Origin: Felis catus | Taxonomy: Eukaryota | DNA: 64,000 nt | Assembly: GCF_018350175.1 (NCBI RefSeq) | Contig: NC_058368.1 | Coordinates: 99,326,001-99,390,000 of the forward strand | Direction of reading: 5' to 3' | Shown here: piece by piece, positions 1-12,066 of the stretch | Layout of the letters: each line of letters opens with the position of its first letter | Position numbering within the stretch: the stretch's first letter is position 1 | Notes under the pieces: model-generated | Told to the model about the DNA's origin: nothing | What the model saw: only the letters and a program-made list of their open reading frames with translations | The model's database searches: none | Program-made: the position numbers and the translations under genes

Positions 1-223
1 TAAATTTTAATACTGGACAAAGAGAAATATATTTTCATAGATAATATGTACTTGCATATTTCTCTCTTCTGAGAGAAAAAAAATGGAAATCTTCCATTTT
101 ACAGATGAAGGAATTAAGGACAATGAAAAGCAACCCCCTCCCCCTGATTTATTTGTTTCAATATTGTCCCTTACTGTGATCTTTTATCAAGTTGAAAGCA
201 TATATTAAAAAATAATAATAACT

Positions 224-352
224 GGAGGCACCTGGATGGCTCAGTTGGTTGAGTGTCCAACTCTTGATTTTGGCTCAGGTCAGGATCCCATGGTTGTGGG
301 ATCAAGCCCTGCATTGGACTCCATGCTGAGCATGGAACCTGCTTAAGATTCT

Positions 353-405
<53 letters not shown>

Positions 406-478
406 TCCATCTCCCTCACCTTCCTGCCCTCTGCTCCTCTCTCTCTCTCTGGAACATCACTCTCTCTCTCTCTCTCTG
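224..478 (+). mobile_element. Can-SINE (older SINEC) with long (CT)n
   Basis: GGCACCTGGATGGCTCAGTTGGTTGAG tRNA-like head, GCTCAGGTCAGGATC core, (CT)n at 355-400. Confidence 0.92.
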
Positions 479-650
479 GAAGAAAGAAAGAAAGAAAAAA
501 TGAAAAAATGAAAGAAAGAAAAAATGAAAGAAAAAATGAAAGAAGGGAAAAGAAAGCGGAGAGGAAAGGGAAAGGAAAGGGGAGAGGAAAAGGAAAAAGG
601 GAAAGGGAAGACAAAAAGGGAAAAGGGAGAGGAGAGGATAGGAGAGCAAA
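479..650 (+). repeat. Polypurine (GAAA/GGAAA/GGGAA) low-complexity tract, probably an expanded SINE tail
   Basis: Almost purely A/G sequence directly after the SINE body. Confidence 0.85.
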
Positions 651-865
651 CTGCTTAAAAAACAACTAGTATGCTTTTCGAGCCTTTCCTTTCCCCCCAT
701 TAATATGTTGGCAAGATGGTGAACGATTAAAGCTAATACGACAAACATTACCCATAAAATTAATCAAACACTAGAATAACTGAGAGGATTATAATTTATT
801 CTTTCTTACCCAGTGTTAAATTTGAAAAAAAAAAATTATCTTCGAAACTAAGTTAATATAACAAA

Positions 866-1879
866 CTTTTTAAAATATAATTTATTATCAAATTGGCTTA
901 CATACAACACCCAGTGCTCATCCCAACAGGTGCCCTCCTCAATGCCCATCACCCACTTTCCCCTGTCCCCCACCCCCCATCAACCCTAAGTTTGTTCTCT
1001 GTATTTAAGAGTCTTTTAGGGTTTGCCTCCCTCCCTCTCTGTAACTATTGTTTTTTTTTCCTTCCCTCCCCTCATGGTCTTCTGTTAAGTTTTTCAGGAT
1101 CTGCATATGAGTGAAAACATTTGGTATCTGTCTTCCTCTGACTGACTTATTTTATTTAGCATAATACTCTCCAGTTCCACACATGTTGCTGCAAATGGCA
1201 GGATTTTATTCTTTCTCATTGCCAAGTAGTATTCCATTGTATATATAAACCACAACTTCTTTATCCATTCATCAGTTGATGGACATTTAGGCTCTTTCCA
1301 TCATTTGGCTATTGTTGAGAGTGCTGCTATAAACATTGGGGTACAAGTGCCCCTATGCATCAGTACTCCTATATCCCTTGGGTAAATTCCTAGCAGTGCT
1401 ATTGCTGGGTCATAGGGTAGATCTATTTTTAATTTTTTGAGGAACCTCCACACTGTTTTCCAGAGTAGCTGCACCAGTTTGCATTCTGACCAACAGTGCA
1501 AGAGGGTTCCCATTTCTCCACATCCTCACCAGCCTCTATAGTTTCCTGATTTTTTCATTTTAGCAACTCTGACTGGCGTGAGGTGATATCTGAGTGTGGC
1601 TTTGATTTGTATTTTCCTGATGATGAGTGACGTTGAGCATCGTTTCATGTGTCTGTTGGCCATCTGGATGTCTTCTTTGGAAAAGTGTCTATTCGTGTCT
1701 TCTGTCCATTTCATCACTGGATTATTTGTTTTTAAGGTGTATAGTTTGGTGAGTTCTTTATAGATTTTGGGTACTAGCCCTTTATCTGATATGTCATTTG
1801 CAAATAGCTTTTCCCATTCCGTTGGTTGCCTTTTAGTTTTGTTGATTGTTTCCTTTGCAGTGCAGAAGCTTTTTAATCT
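866..1879 (-). mobile_element. 5'-truncated carnivore/felid L1 (ORF2 C-terminus plus 3'UTR)
   Basis: ORFs 1526-1966 and 1301-1513 give [23 protein letters not shown]...[43 protein letters not shown], typical of L1 ORF2, interrupted by stops; 3'UTR and T-rich tail at the left end. Confidence 0.97.
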
Positions 1880-2471
1880 TAGACAGAGATACTGAATCAT
1901 CTTATAAGAGAAATAATCAGAACCTAGAGGCCAAATTTTTGTATGGGAACAAGTTTTATTGAACATGCAATTTCTGAGTCATGTGAATATTTTATGAAAA
2001 TGTGAGTTAATTTGTGTATGTCTATGTGGTAGGAAGGTGGTGTATTCCGGATTTCTGGGAAGTTAGGGGGTAGACATTAGAGAGATGGAGTGAAGGATTG
2101 AATCCACTAGTGTTTTTTTCCCTCTTTTATCTTGGAATGATAATTATATTCATATACAAATTCACACTTTTGCCAGTTAATCTTTATTTTTCAGCATGAC
2201 TTAAAATCAGGACCAAATTTAATAACTAGAGGTACTGGTGAAAAGAATACAAGTTATAACTACACTGACATTTCTGTAGGTCATATATCCTTCCTTAATT
2301 TCAATAGCATTGCAAAAATTTGCAACAAGGGGCAAGTGCTGCTAAGTTAAAAAAAAAAAACTATTTAATTAGCTACTCTTCAGTAAGGGAGACAAAAGTC
2401 TTCAGCTTTAAATCCCATCAGTATAAGCAACTTCCCTTTTTCAAGTTATATGTCCATTCAGGGATATTTCT

Positions 2472-2534
2472 TTTTTCTTTTGTATAGAAACTAAGTTTCT
2501 TTTTGTATTTTTTTACATTTTTTTTTCTTTTTTT

Positions 2535-2572
<38 letters not shown>

Positions 2573-2660
2573 TGGGGCTCAATCCCACTAACCGTGAGAT
2601 CTTAACCTGAGCCAAAACCAAGAGTCAGACACCCAACAACTGAATCATCCAGGCACCCCT
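2472..2660 (-). mobile_element. Can-SINE, internally deleted
   Basis: TSD ATTCAGGGATATTTCT at 2456-2471 and 2662-2677; (GA)n and CCAGGCACCCC head. Confidence 0.9.
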
Positions 2661-3187
2661 TATTCAGGGATATTTCTAACCCATACATTTCATTTCATAC
2701 TTGCTATGACTTAATTACATCAGGAACTATTTCAAATTTGCTATATATAAAAAGTAGATACAGATGAATTGATACATAGGTAGCTACTATGTGATGCACA
2801 TATAATCATAATAATGTATAGATACTAGATAGTATAAATAATTATCTAAGTAATTTTAAAAAGGAGATTTTTCTTTTATGCATGTATCTATTTAAAAAAA
2901 TAAGTGATCTAGATTATAATGTGACAAAGAATCACCAATAACATTATTTGTAAAGATCTAGAATTCCAGACTCCCAGAATAAACATCTTGAATAGCACAG
3001 AAACTGAATTTTTAAAAACAATTTATTAGCATAATGTGGTTTTTAGATATGATCACATTGATCTAGACTAAAATGGTGGTTAGAAATCCAGACAACAATT
3101 AATATTAACACACACAGAAGTCTACGTAGAAAAACGTTAGTTATAAAGACCTAAAATGTATTAATCTTTCATATTAATAAATCATGA

Positions 3188-3236
3188 GGAGGGAGATGGA
3201 TGGGGATGGGCTAGATGGGTGATAGGTAATTAATAA
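3188..3236 (+). mobile_element. 49-bp L1 3'UTR mini-insertion
   Basis: GGGGATGGGCTAGATGGGTGAT resembles the reverse complement of L1 3'UTR at about 22345-22380; TSD AATAAATCATGA at 3176-3187 and 3237-3248. Confidence 0.75.
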
Positions 3237-3250
3237 AATAAATCATGAAA

Positions 3251-3278
<28 letters not shown>
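3251..3278. repeat. (TG)n microsatellite
   Basis: About 14 TG units. Confidence 0.95.
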
Positions 3279-3281
<3 letters not shown>

Positions 3282-5029
3282 CTGTATAGTTGTTACATTA
3301 TAAGAGACATGGTATTCAATGATTACACAGTGAAAAATTCAGATAATTATTGAAATATTAGCATGTTCTAGGAAAAAAAAGCTCAAACATTTGGGACAAA
3401 AATGGGCATGTATTTTGTTACTTGATTTGGAGGACTTCTTTGCTTCAGATGTATTTCACAACATGAGCTCAGGTAGATATTTTTCTTCATGTTTTAAAAT
3501 TGACCACTTTTGTAGTTTTTACATATATTCTAAAGGATGTTGAAGTATATACCCAGAAAAAATTACTGCCTAAGCAAAGGTTAATATGTTTGTTGTTTCA
3601 TGTTGAGTACTTCTAGTATGTAGTTATGCATTGCTGTTTTCAAATAGTTTTTAAAATCATGGTGGTTGATAGAAGGGTCTTTACTACAAAGTCAAAGAAT
3701 ACAAAGTATTCATTGCTTTCCCAAAATAGTCTCAAATACTAGTACATCTTCTGAATATTATGATCCATACACTATTTTTCATGATCTAGTGATCCTAAGT
3801 CTGTTTTATGACAGTATTTACATAAGTAATTGGGAAGGAGTTACTTTGAAAAGAACATGTAGCTATTTTGGGGAAGGAAATTTAAGGCCTCCTTGGTGAG
3901 AGAACAGTTCTTGTAGCTGTAAAACACTCTGAACTTAAACATTACCTGACTGACCAATTGAAAACCTCGTTGGAAAAGACGAAGTATTTCCTTGGAAATG
4001 AAATGATCAACTCAACAATACACTATTGTTTACTTTGTTGTGAGTAGTTCATATTTCACATTCCTGTTTTTTATATTTTTAAAGTTGCTTACTTGGGCAA
4101 TAAAATAAACCAATATCACATTTATCTAGTACAAAATGCTCAGTTTGTAACCACATGATTTTTTTGTCAATACATTACCTAATAAATTAGAGCTATTCAA
4201 AATGCAGAATCAATAAATTTTCTTCATTAGAATCCCAACTGCCTCTTAGGGGCTGAGACCCATTCTGGCCTCTATGTTATGATTCTCTTCTCCCCTCGGA
4301 GGGGAAGAAGAATAGAGATTTTAGGGTTGAAAAATTGGCCTTTTCACAGGCAGAGTTACATGAACTTTGTCTTACTGTCTGTCTTGTCTCTCAATTCTTA
4401 TAGTTAGCAACACAAAATAACTCAGGAGGGCTTTACCTTAAGAAAGACAGAGAGAATTAACATTTGTGTTTATGAAAAAAGATACTGCTTCCATGGGAGG
4501 AGGAGGAAAACTTGATCTACTTTTGAGGCTCCTCCCCCTGCTGTTAATTATACTAATTTAGAGTTCTGGTGGGACCTTATATATAAGAGGCTCTAATAAA
4601 AGTTATTACCCTTTTAATTTCTCATGTTGTTTAGACATTACTAAACTAGATGAGAGCTCCTGAAAATTACATCACCTTATAGATGCTAATCAGCTTATAA
4701 TTTTTAGGTAATACACTTATATTTTAAGAGCAGTCTTTTGAAATTATAACAACGTAGGTAGAGTGAGTCATCCTCTAGTGAACAGGGTAAACTTGATTGC
4801 TGGTCATCAGGGGGAAAGGATATTCTGGTACTAATTCTACCCAGCATATCACACTAGGTAGGACACCAGCCCCTCTGACTGAAGTGATACTGAAAAAGTA
4901 GTGAGTTACATTCCCCAAAATTCATCAGAGAGAATTTTAGCTTCCTGCACCCTTTTTATCACTTGTAATATTTCAATGTTTGATGACTACAGTTAATATG
5001 TCTACTACAAATACAGAATATTTCTTTAA

Positions 5030-5243
5030 AATTTTTTTTTCAACGTTTATTTATTTTTGGGACAGAGAGAGACAGAGCATGAATGGGGGAGGGGCAGAGA
5101 GAGAGGGAGACACAGAATCGGAACCAGGCTCCAGGCTCCGAGCCATCAGCCCAGAGCCCGACGCGGGGCTCGAACTCACGGACCGCGAGATCGTGACCTG
5201 GCTGAAGTCGGACGCTTAACCGACTGCGCCACCCAGGCGCCTC
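5030..5243 (-). mobile_element. Young SINEC_Fc-type SINE
   Basis: Near-consensus with CpGs retained; perfect TSD CAGAATATTTCTTTAA at 5014-5029 and 5244-5259. Confidence 0.97.
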
Positions 5244-6189
5244 CAGAATATTTCTTTAATCATTGCTTTGCAGTGACATTCAACTTAGGTAAGGTTCAGT
5301 GATAAAACTATAAGTCTGCAGTTTAAAGGTCACCTGCCCCTGGCTCTTTGTCCTGGAGAGATAACAGATAAACTTACTGGGTTTGAAATATTTTAGGATA
5401 ATTGGAATGGTTGGTGTTTTGGAGAATATATTGTGGTTTTGTAAGGTGCTTACCTAATGATATAGTTTTCAATAAAATGCTGTAATGTGTCACCCACAGT
5501 GTAGCGTATTTCAATTCTCCATCATTAATTTGCTGTCAGGATTGCATAATTGATATCATCGGTGACAGTTTAGTGCTTATACTAGTAATTCTAGGACTAC
5601 GTGAGACGAGTGATTGTGTTGCTCTATCTTTTTCTTAAATTCGTTTTTATGATTCGTGATAGTTTCGTGTCTTCTACAGAAAAACATAAAAGCCAAACAT
5701 GTCAAGCAAGGGCTCTGCTTAGACATCATATGACCTAGGATTAATTTTTCATTCAAAAATAACATATTGGAGGTTATCATTAAAATTGCTATGTTCACTA
5801 GTTTGTTAGGATCCCATCAATGTTGCATAGATGCATTATTTTAAATGCATTTTTATTTTTCCTCAATTCAGACCTTTCTTAAGCAAAAAATGAAGCTCTG
5901 TAATTTCTATATAAAGGACTGGTTAATAATGAGAGTGTTTTAAAGGCTTTTGGGGGTAGAGGTAGGCGGGGAATGACTCCTGACCAGGGAAATGTAAAGT
6001 TTTTACATGCAGTGCTGACGATACTCCTGATGATACTGCTGAAGTTGGGGAACATAAATTTTTGTGGCTCTAATTCCAACAATTGTGTACTTTTCCCTGG
6101 CAGTGCTCAGCAACCCAGGTTTAAAAGCTTAATTATATTAACAAGACACAATGTAATTAAGAGTTAATTGTGCTTATAAATAAAATGGT

Positions 6190-6420
6190 GGATTCAGCTC
6201 TCATTGAGTCACTTTCCTGCTTGAATACCTGTTTTGCTCTCCATCCCTTGCTGAATAAAATCTTAAATCTTTACCTTGGTATTCAGTGCACACACACCCC
6301 CATCACTGTCCTATACGTAAGCATTTTTCTTCAGCCCCTTTCACTCTCAACAGTGATTATTGTCCATTCTGCTTGCTGCTCTCTTAACTGAATTGAGTCA
6401 CTCACAGCTCCACGAACAAT
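6190..6420 (+). mobile_element. L2 relic
   Basis: GTCACTTTCCTGCTTGAATACC...GAATAAAATCTTAAATCTTTACCTTGG resembles the L2 3' region. Confidence 0.55.
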
Positions 6421-6431
6421 CCTTTTTTTCT

Positions 6432-7745
6432 AGCCTTATTTGCAAAAGACATGTCTGATAAAGGGCTATTTTACAAAAAATACAAAGGCGCAACCATAAA
6501 CGAACACACACACATACAGTTTAAAATAGTTGCAAGACCTTAACACAACTCACCTAAGAAGATACACAAGTGGAAAATAAACACGTGAAAATCACATGTC
6601 ACCGGGGCAATGAAAATGAAAACGAGATATCACCACAGTAGTATTAGAATGACCCAAGTCTGTTATAACATTCACAACACCAAATGCTGGTGAAGATGTG
6701 GAACAATAAGAACTCTCATTCATTGTTGATGGGAATGCAAAATGGAACACCGTATGGAGGACAGTTTGGTGGTTTCTTATAAAACTAAATATACTCATAA
6801 CATGCGATCCAGCAATCATGCTCCTTGGTCTTGACCCAAAGAAGTAGAAAGAAAGGTTTATATCAAAGCCCATATACCCAGTATTTCATGGAAGTTGTAT
6901 TCATAATTGCCAAAACTTGGAAGTAACCAAGAGGTCCTTTAAGTGGAGGCAGAAATAAACTGTGGTACCCCCAGATAATGGAAATATCATTCAACACTAA
7001 AAAGAAATGAGCTACCCAGCTATGATAAGACATGGAAGAAACTTCATTGCCACTTAATGGAACTAAATGAAGTAAATGAACAGTGAACTAAATGAAACAA
7101 GTTTCTAAATGAAACCAATCTGAAAAGGCTACATACTATACAATTCCAGTTGTATTATATCCTGAAAAATGCACACTATAAAGTTATTTTTTAAATGTTT
7201 ATTTATTTTTGAGAGAGAGAAAGAGAGAAGACCACAAGCAGGGGAGGAGCCAAGAGAGAGGGAGACACAGAATCTGAAGCAGGCTCCAGGCTCTGAGCTG
7301 TCAGCAGAGATCCCTGTCACAAACCCAAGATCATGACCTGAGCAGAAGTTGGACGCTTAACCTACTGACACACCCAGGTGCCCTTGGAAAATGCACACTG
7401 TGGAGATAGTAAAATGATCAGCGGTTGTTGAGAGTTAAGGAGGTAAGGTAGGGATGAATAGGCAGAGAACGTAGGATTTTTAGGGTAGTGAAAATACTCT
7501 GTATGATACCATAATAAGGAATAACTATCATTTCACATTTTTCCAAACCCATAGAACGTGGAACAGCCCAAGTGAACTGAACTGTAGATTATGGGCTCTC
7601 AGTAATAATCATGTGTCAATGGTGATGATAAGGGAGGCAGTGCATGTGTGGGGCAGAGAGTTTATGGGAAATCTCTGTACCTCCCTCTCAATTTTTCTGT
7701 GAATTTTAAAATGCTGTAAGAAAATAGTCTTAATTTTTTAAAAAA
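6432..7745 (+). mobile_element. Old L1 (L1MC1-like) ORF2 end and 3'UTR
   Basis: TCTGATAAAGGGCT, GCTGGTGAAGATGTGGAACAA, GATCCAGCAATCATGCTCCTTGG, TATGGGAAATCTCTGTACCT motifs; split by a SINE. Confidence 0.88.
7186..7384 (-). mobile_element. Can-SINE inside L1MC
   Basis: AAAATGCACACT duplicated on both sides. Confidence 0.93.
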
Positions 7746-7792
7746 AGTGAAAAAAAGTGGGCAGAGTTTCTGAAGAAAAATTTTTTAGAATC

Positions 7793-8004
7793 TTTTTTTA
7801 AATGTGTATTTTTGAGAGAGAGAGCATGAGTGGGAGAAGGGCAGAGAGAGAGGGGGACAGAGGATCAGAAGTGGTTCTGTGCTGACAGCAGAGAGCCTGA
7901 TGTGGGGTCAAACTCCCTCTTGAACTTGGATATCCTGGCCTGAGCCAAGATCATGACATGAGCCAAAGTGGGATGCTCAACTGACTGAGCGAACCAGGCG
8001 CCTC
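7793..8004 (-). mobile_element. Can-SINE
   Basis: (GA)n, GATCATGACATGAGCC core, CCAGGCGCC head. Confidence 0.9.
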
Positions 8005-8141
8005 TGGAGTTGTTTTTTACAGCCCTTAACTGCTGTCATCCCCACGGGTCAGTTCTAAGGACTCTTCCTTTTTCTGCTTCTTGGAAATTTTCTCAGCTCT
8101 CTGGTTTCCAGTGCAATCTCTATGCTGATAAATTCTAAATG

Positions 8142-8583
8142 CAGTGATCTCCCCTTTTCCATTGGGGGACACACTTAAGACCCCTAGAGCATACCTGAAA
8201 CTGTGGATAATACCAAACCCTACGTAGAATATTTTCTCCTATACACGCACACTTACGATAAAGCTTCATTTATAGATTAGGCACTGTAAGAAATTAAAAC
8301 AATAACCAGTAAAATGGAACAGGTATAACAATATACAAAATTAAAAGTTCCACAAATGTGATCCCTCTCTCCTGAAGGATACTACTGTACTATGCTCACC
8401 CTTCTTCTTGTGCTGACGTGGACATGATAAGACAGCTATGTGATGGAGCGAAGGATGTGGACACGGTGATGTAGTTAGGCGACTTTTGACCTTCTGACAA
8501 TATATCCTGAGAGCCATGTGCCCTTTAGACCATGGGTAACTGCAACCACAGAGAGCAAAGCTGTGGATAAGGGGGTGTTACTG
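8142..8583 (-). mobile_element. MER44/Tigger7-derived TcMar-Tigger MITE
   Basis: Terminal inverted repeats CAGTGATCTCCCCTTTTCCA and TGGATAAGGGGGTGTTACTG; internal AAGACCCCTAG..CCTGAAACTGTGGATAATACCAAACCC. Confidence 0.85.
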
Positions 8584-9056
8584 CATCTTTTGAGTTACAT
8601 TTATGTACCCTTTTTGTGAAGGGAAATTTTCACTTGAATATTCATGAGGAACCACAATTTAAGTATTTCAAATATTCTTATCTCTTCCCAAAGTGTTTGT
8701 ACTCTACTGTTTCCTGTTTGAGTAAAGGGCATTGCAATTCAACTAGTAACCTAAAATCAGAATCTTAGGCATCTCTCATAACTGCTTTTAACTCAGTCAT
8801 CCCCTATCCAGCCAATCGTTCCATCCTGTCATTCATCACCAAATGTGTTTGGACTCTGTGCTCTTTTTCTTTTTCTTTTTCCTATTTCTATAACCGTCAT
8901 GGTAGTGCCACACTAAAATATTGAAATGTGTATTGGAATTATTTCTCTCTCACATATTCTCTCTCACCTGTAATCTGCAGACCTATTGATCTCCTCTCCC
9001 CCACGAAAAAGTAAAATGACATCTGATTTTACCACTCTTTGTATTAAAGCACTACC

Positions 9057-9235
9057 TTTTTTTTTTTTAAATGTTTGTTTATTTTTGAGAGAGAGAGAAT
9101 TCCAAGCAGGCTCCTCACCGTCAGTGCAGAGCCCAGCCTGGGGCTTGAACCCACAAACCATGAGATCATGACCTCAGCTGAAACCAATGAAATCAAGAGT
9201 TGGACGCTTACCTGACTAGGCCACCCAGGTACCCC
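9057..9235 (-). mobile_element. Can-SINE
   Basis: GAGATCATGACCTCAGCTG core, CCACCCAGGTACCCC head. Confidence 0.92.
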
Positions 9236-10524
9236 TAAAAACACTTACTTTAATGGTACTCCCATAATTTTAGGATAGCTAAACCTCTTGGGACAAGGCT
9301 TTCAGTGACTGATGTAATCTGCCCATCTCTTTAGATTCTCTGTCTCCATATTCAATCTTACCTTCTGTTCTCTAGCCAGCGAATTGACTTTTAGGTTTTC
9401 AAGCTGCTCTACTTCCTTTGATACTGGGCTTTACCCCACGTTGGACGTTTACTGTCCTGCTCAAAGTCACCTGCCCAGCTCTTACATATCCCTTAGGTGT
9501 GTCCTATGTCCAGAATGCAGCTTTCATTTTCAGATCCAAGCAAAGAATCTGGAACACAGTAGGAGAACGTAAGACATGTTCACTTCTCAATAAATACCTA
9601 CTGAGTGAGTTTTTCTTACCTCACAGTGTCTCAAGGCTCTTATTAGGCTTTTGTTTACATTTCTAATTTTGTATCAATATTATTTAACCAAGGGTATCCC
9701 ACAATGTGAAATTCTCTACCTGTGATTCTTGCTTATTTGACTTTATTGTGTTGTCTTCCTCCAAGTATGCTTAATGACCTATTGTTTTATAAATACTACT
9801 ATTTATAATACTACTATCCCTATTATTGCCAATGCTGATAACAATGATATACATGGTAATTATAATAACTAATATGCATTGAACCATTGTGGTAGAATTA
9901 TATTGTGTCTTCTTTTACACAACTGTAATGGATATTGTACATTTGAGTAATCAAAAGGACTAGAAAACTGGCACTAAACAGCCTCTAGAGAGATGTATTT
10001 GGTGACAGAAGTATCAAGTTGGATTTCATATTTAATCTATTTTGTTTCATTTTTTTACAGTGTTAATTCATTTAGTATGTGTGTAATTAAAAGATAAGAC
10101 AAAACCAACAAGCAGGACAACCAATGAGATGAATAACATAACCAAGGTTCTAGGTAAAAAGAAAATAGGAACCATCTAGAAAACAATAAGAACTTGCCAT
10201 TATGAATTTAAGGCAATATTTTCCAAGAACTAAGCTAAATTTTTTACATAAATCATTTCATTTAAATGTCATTGTGTGAGGTAAGTCATGAGTGTCATTG
10301 TTTATGAATTGTATTCCCGTCTAGGTAAATAAATAAATTATGAATTCTGTCTAGATCATTTTGATTTCATAGGCATGGAACCTCTAAACTCAAGAGACAT
10401 GGAAAAATTTACGTAGAACTGAGCAGAAAATAAGGAAAAACAACAACAACAACACTCATTACATTTCAGAAACCAAATCAAGGCAGCCCAAACCATCTGT
10501 TAAGTGATGAAAAGAAACTGTTAG

Positions 10525-10740
10525 GGGGCGCCTGGGTGGCGCAGTCGGTTAAGCGTCCGACTTCAGCCAGGTCAGGATCTCGCGGTCCGTGAGTTCGAGC
10601 CCCGCGTCAGGCTCTGGGCTGATGGCTCGGAGCCTGGAGCCTGTTTCCGAGTCTGTGTCTCCCTCTCTCTCTGCCCCTCCCCCGTTCATGCTCTGTCTCT
10701 CTCTGTCCCCCCAAAAAATAAATAAAAACGTTGAAAAAAA
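10525..10740 (+). mobile_element. Young SINEC_Fc-type SINE
   Basis: GGGGCGCCTGGGTGGCGCAGTCGGTTAAGCGTCCGAC head; flanking AA(A/C)CTGTTAG duplication. Confidence 0.97.
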
Positions 10741-11729
10741 AACCTGTTAGAACAACAAGGTGTCTGAATGGGGGCAGAACCTCACCCTCCAGGGCAGATA
10801 GAAAAATAACTTAGGTTAAAAAAAAATGGCTTGAGAAAGCACAGATAGAATGAAGACACAATTTACATTTAAAAAGAGGAAATTTAAATTTCATAGAAAA
10901 GATAACTCAGCCCACCCTTTGCTATGTTTCTCTTTCCCTCTTAAACAGATAGAGGAACAAATAGGTAGGCAAATAACAAGGCATCTGAGTCTCTGTTCCT
11001 TCCTTTATATTTCTCAGTATTGATCACCTTGTCTGCTTTCTGCCAATTGTATCGTTTCACATAGTCAATAGAAAAATAATTACCTCTACAATTAGTTGTC
11101 AGTTTAAAATACCTAACTGAAAGATTTAGTGTCAATGAGATCTTTTGTGGTGCCTCCTTTTCTATGTTCATGTCACCATTGCCATTCATTTCTGTAACAT
11201 TTTTGGAACCTTTTTACTACCTGCATTCTTAACCTTATTTAGCATTGCTCTTCCTAGGGATCTGGGGTTTCCATTTGCAGTATTGGTTATTAATTTGTAA
11301 TAACTGCACTTTTTCTTATTAACAGAGGTAGGCTGAAATTCAGAATTAATCTCCCTAAGTTAGGAGGAGCACACAGTTTTCAAAGTTGCCATATTTGCTA
11401 AAGTAAAGGGCTGTAATTCGAAGTGATCTATTTAATTATTAAATTTTCTTTCACTCTTCTTGATAAATGAGCTGTACTTGTTGGCTTGGAAAATGCATTT
11501 AAATTTAAATGAATTAAGAATAATAATTTTTGAAGACCTCTTAATCTTCCTAAAAAGTCATTGCCTACATAGATCTTCACTAAAAAAAATAAATCTCACA
11601 TAAACACCTAGTCCCATTTTCTTGTTTGGCACAGACCTTGCTATTTAAAGATGTGTATTTAAATAAAACTCTAGGGACCCAAAGGAAACTGTTAAGGAAT
11701 TACCTAATCATTCAAGATGCAGGTTGATT

Positions 11730-11940
11730 TCAGGTGCCTGGGTGGCTCAGTTGGTTAAGCATCAGACTTTGGCTCAGGTCAGGATCCCACAGTTTGTGAG
11801 TTTGAGTCTCGCGTGGGGCTCTGTTCTGACAGGTCAAAGCCTGGGGCCTGCTTGGGTTCCTGTGTCTCCCTTTCTCTCTGCCCCTCCCCCATTCTTGCTC
11901 TGTCTGTCTCTCTCTTAAAAATAAACAAACGTTAAAAAAA
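11730..11940 (+). mobile_element. Can-SINE
   Basis: TSD AAGATGCA(G/A)GTTGATT at 11714-11729 and 11941-11956. Confidence 0.95.
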
Positions 11941-12066
11941 AAGATGCAAGTTGATTAAATTGTATTTGCATGGCCTTCTAATGTACTTACTTTTATAGAA
12001 AAAAAAAAATCTAAGTGGAAAGGTTGTTTTCATTCACTATTCCCTGAGAAGACTCACTGCAAACAG

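Larger units (their letters stand above)
8040..9612 (+). mobile_element. L2 relic interrupted by MER44 and a SINE
   Basis: CTCTATGCTGATAAATTCTAAAT ... TCTGGAACACAGTAGG...CTCAATAAATACCTACTGAGTGA (L2-type 3' end). Confidence 0.65.

Noticed and set aside
171..748. 164-aa and 110-aa minus-strand ORFs
   Set aside because: Translations of a SINE, (CT)n and the purine tract (F/S/L and ER runs); low complexity, not genes.
1301..1966. ORFs with clear protein homology
   Set aside because: L1 ORF2 remnant with stops in a 5'-truncated element; recorded as a mobile element, not a functional CDS.
2195..2350. Acceptor TTTTTCAG followed by about 52 open codons starting HDLKSGPNLITR
   Set aside because: Kinase resemblance is superficial (no HRDLKxxN context) and there is no good GT donor.
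5454..5674. Minus-strand acceptor/donor pair with several CpGs
   Set aside because: Stops in all three frames and no other support; such pairs occur by chance in 64 kb.
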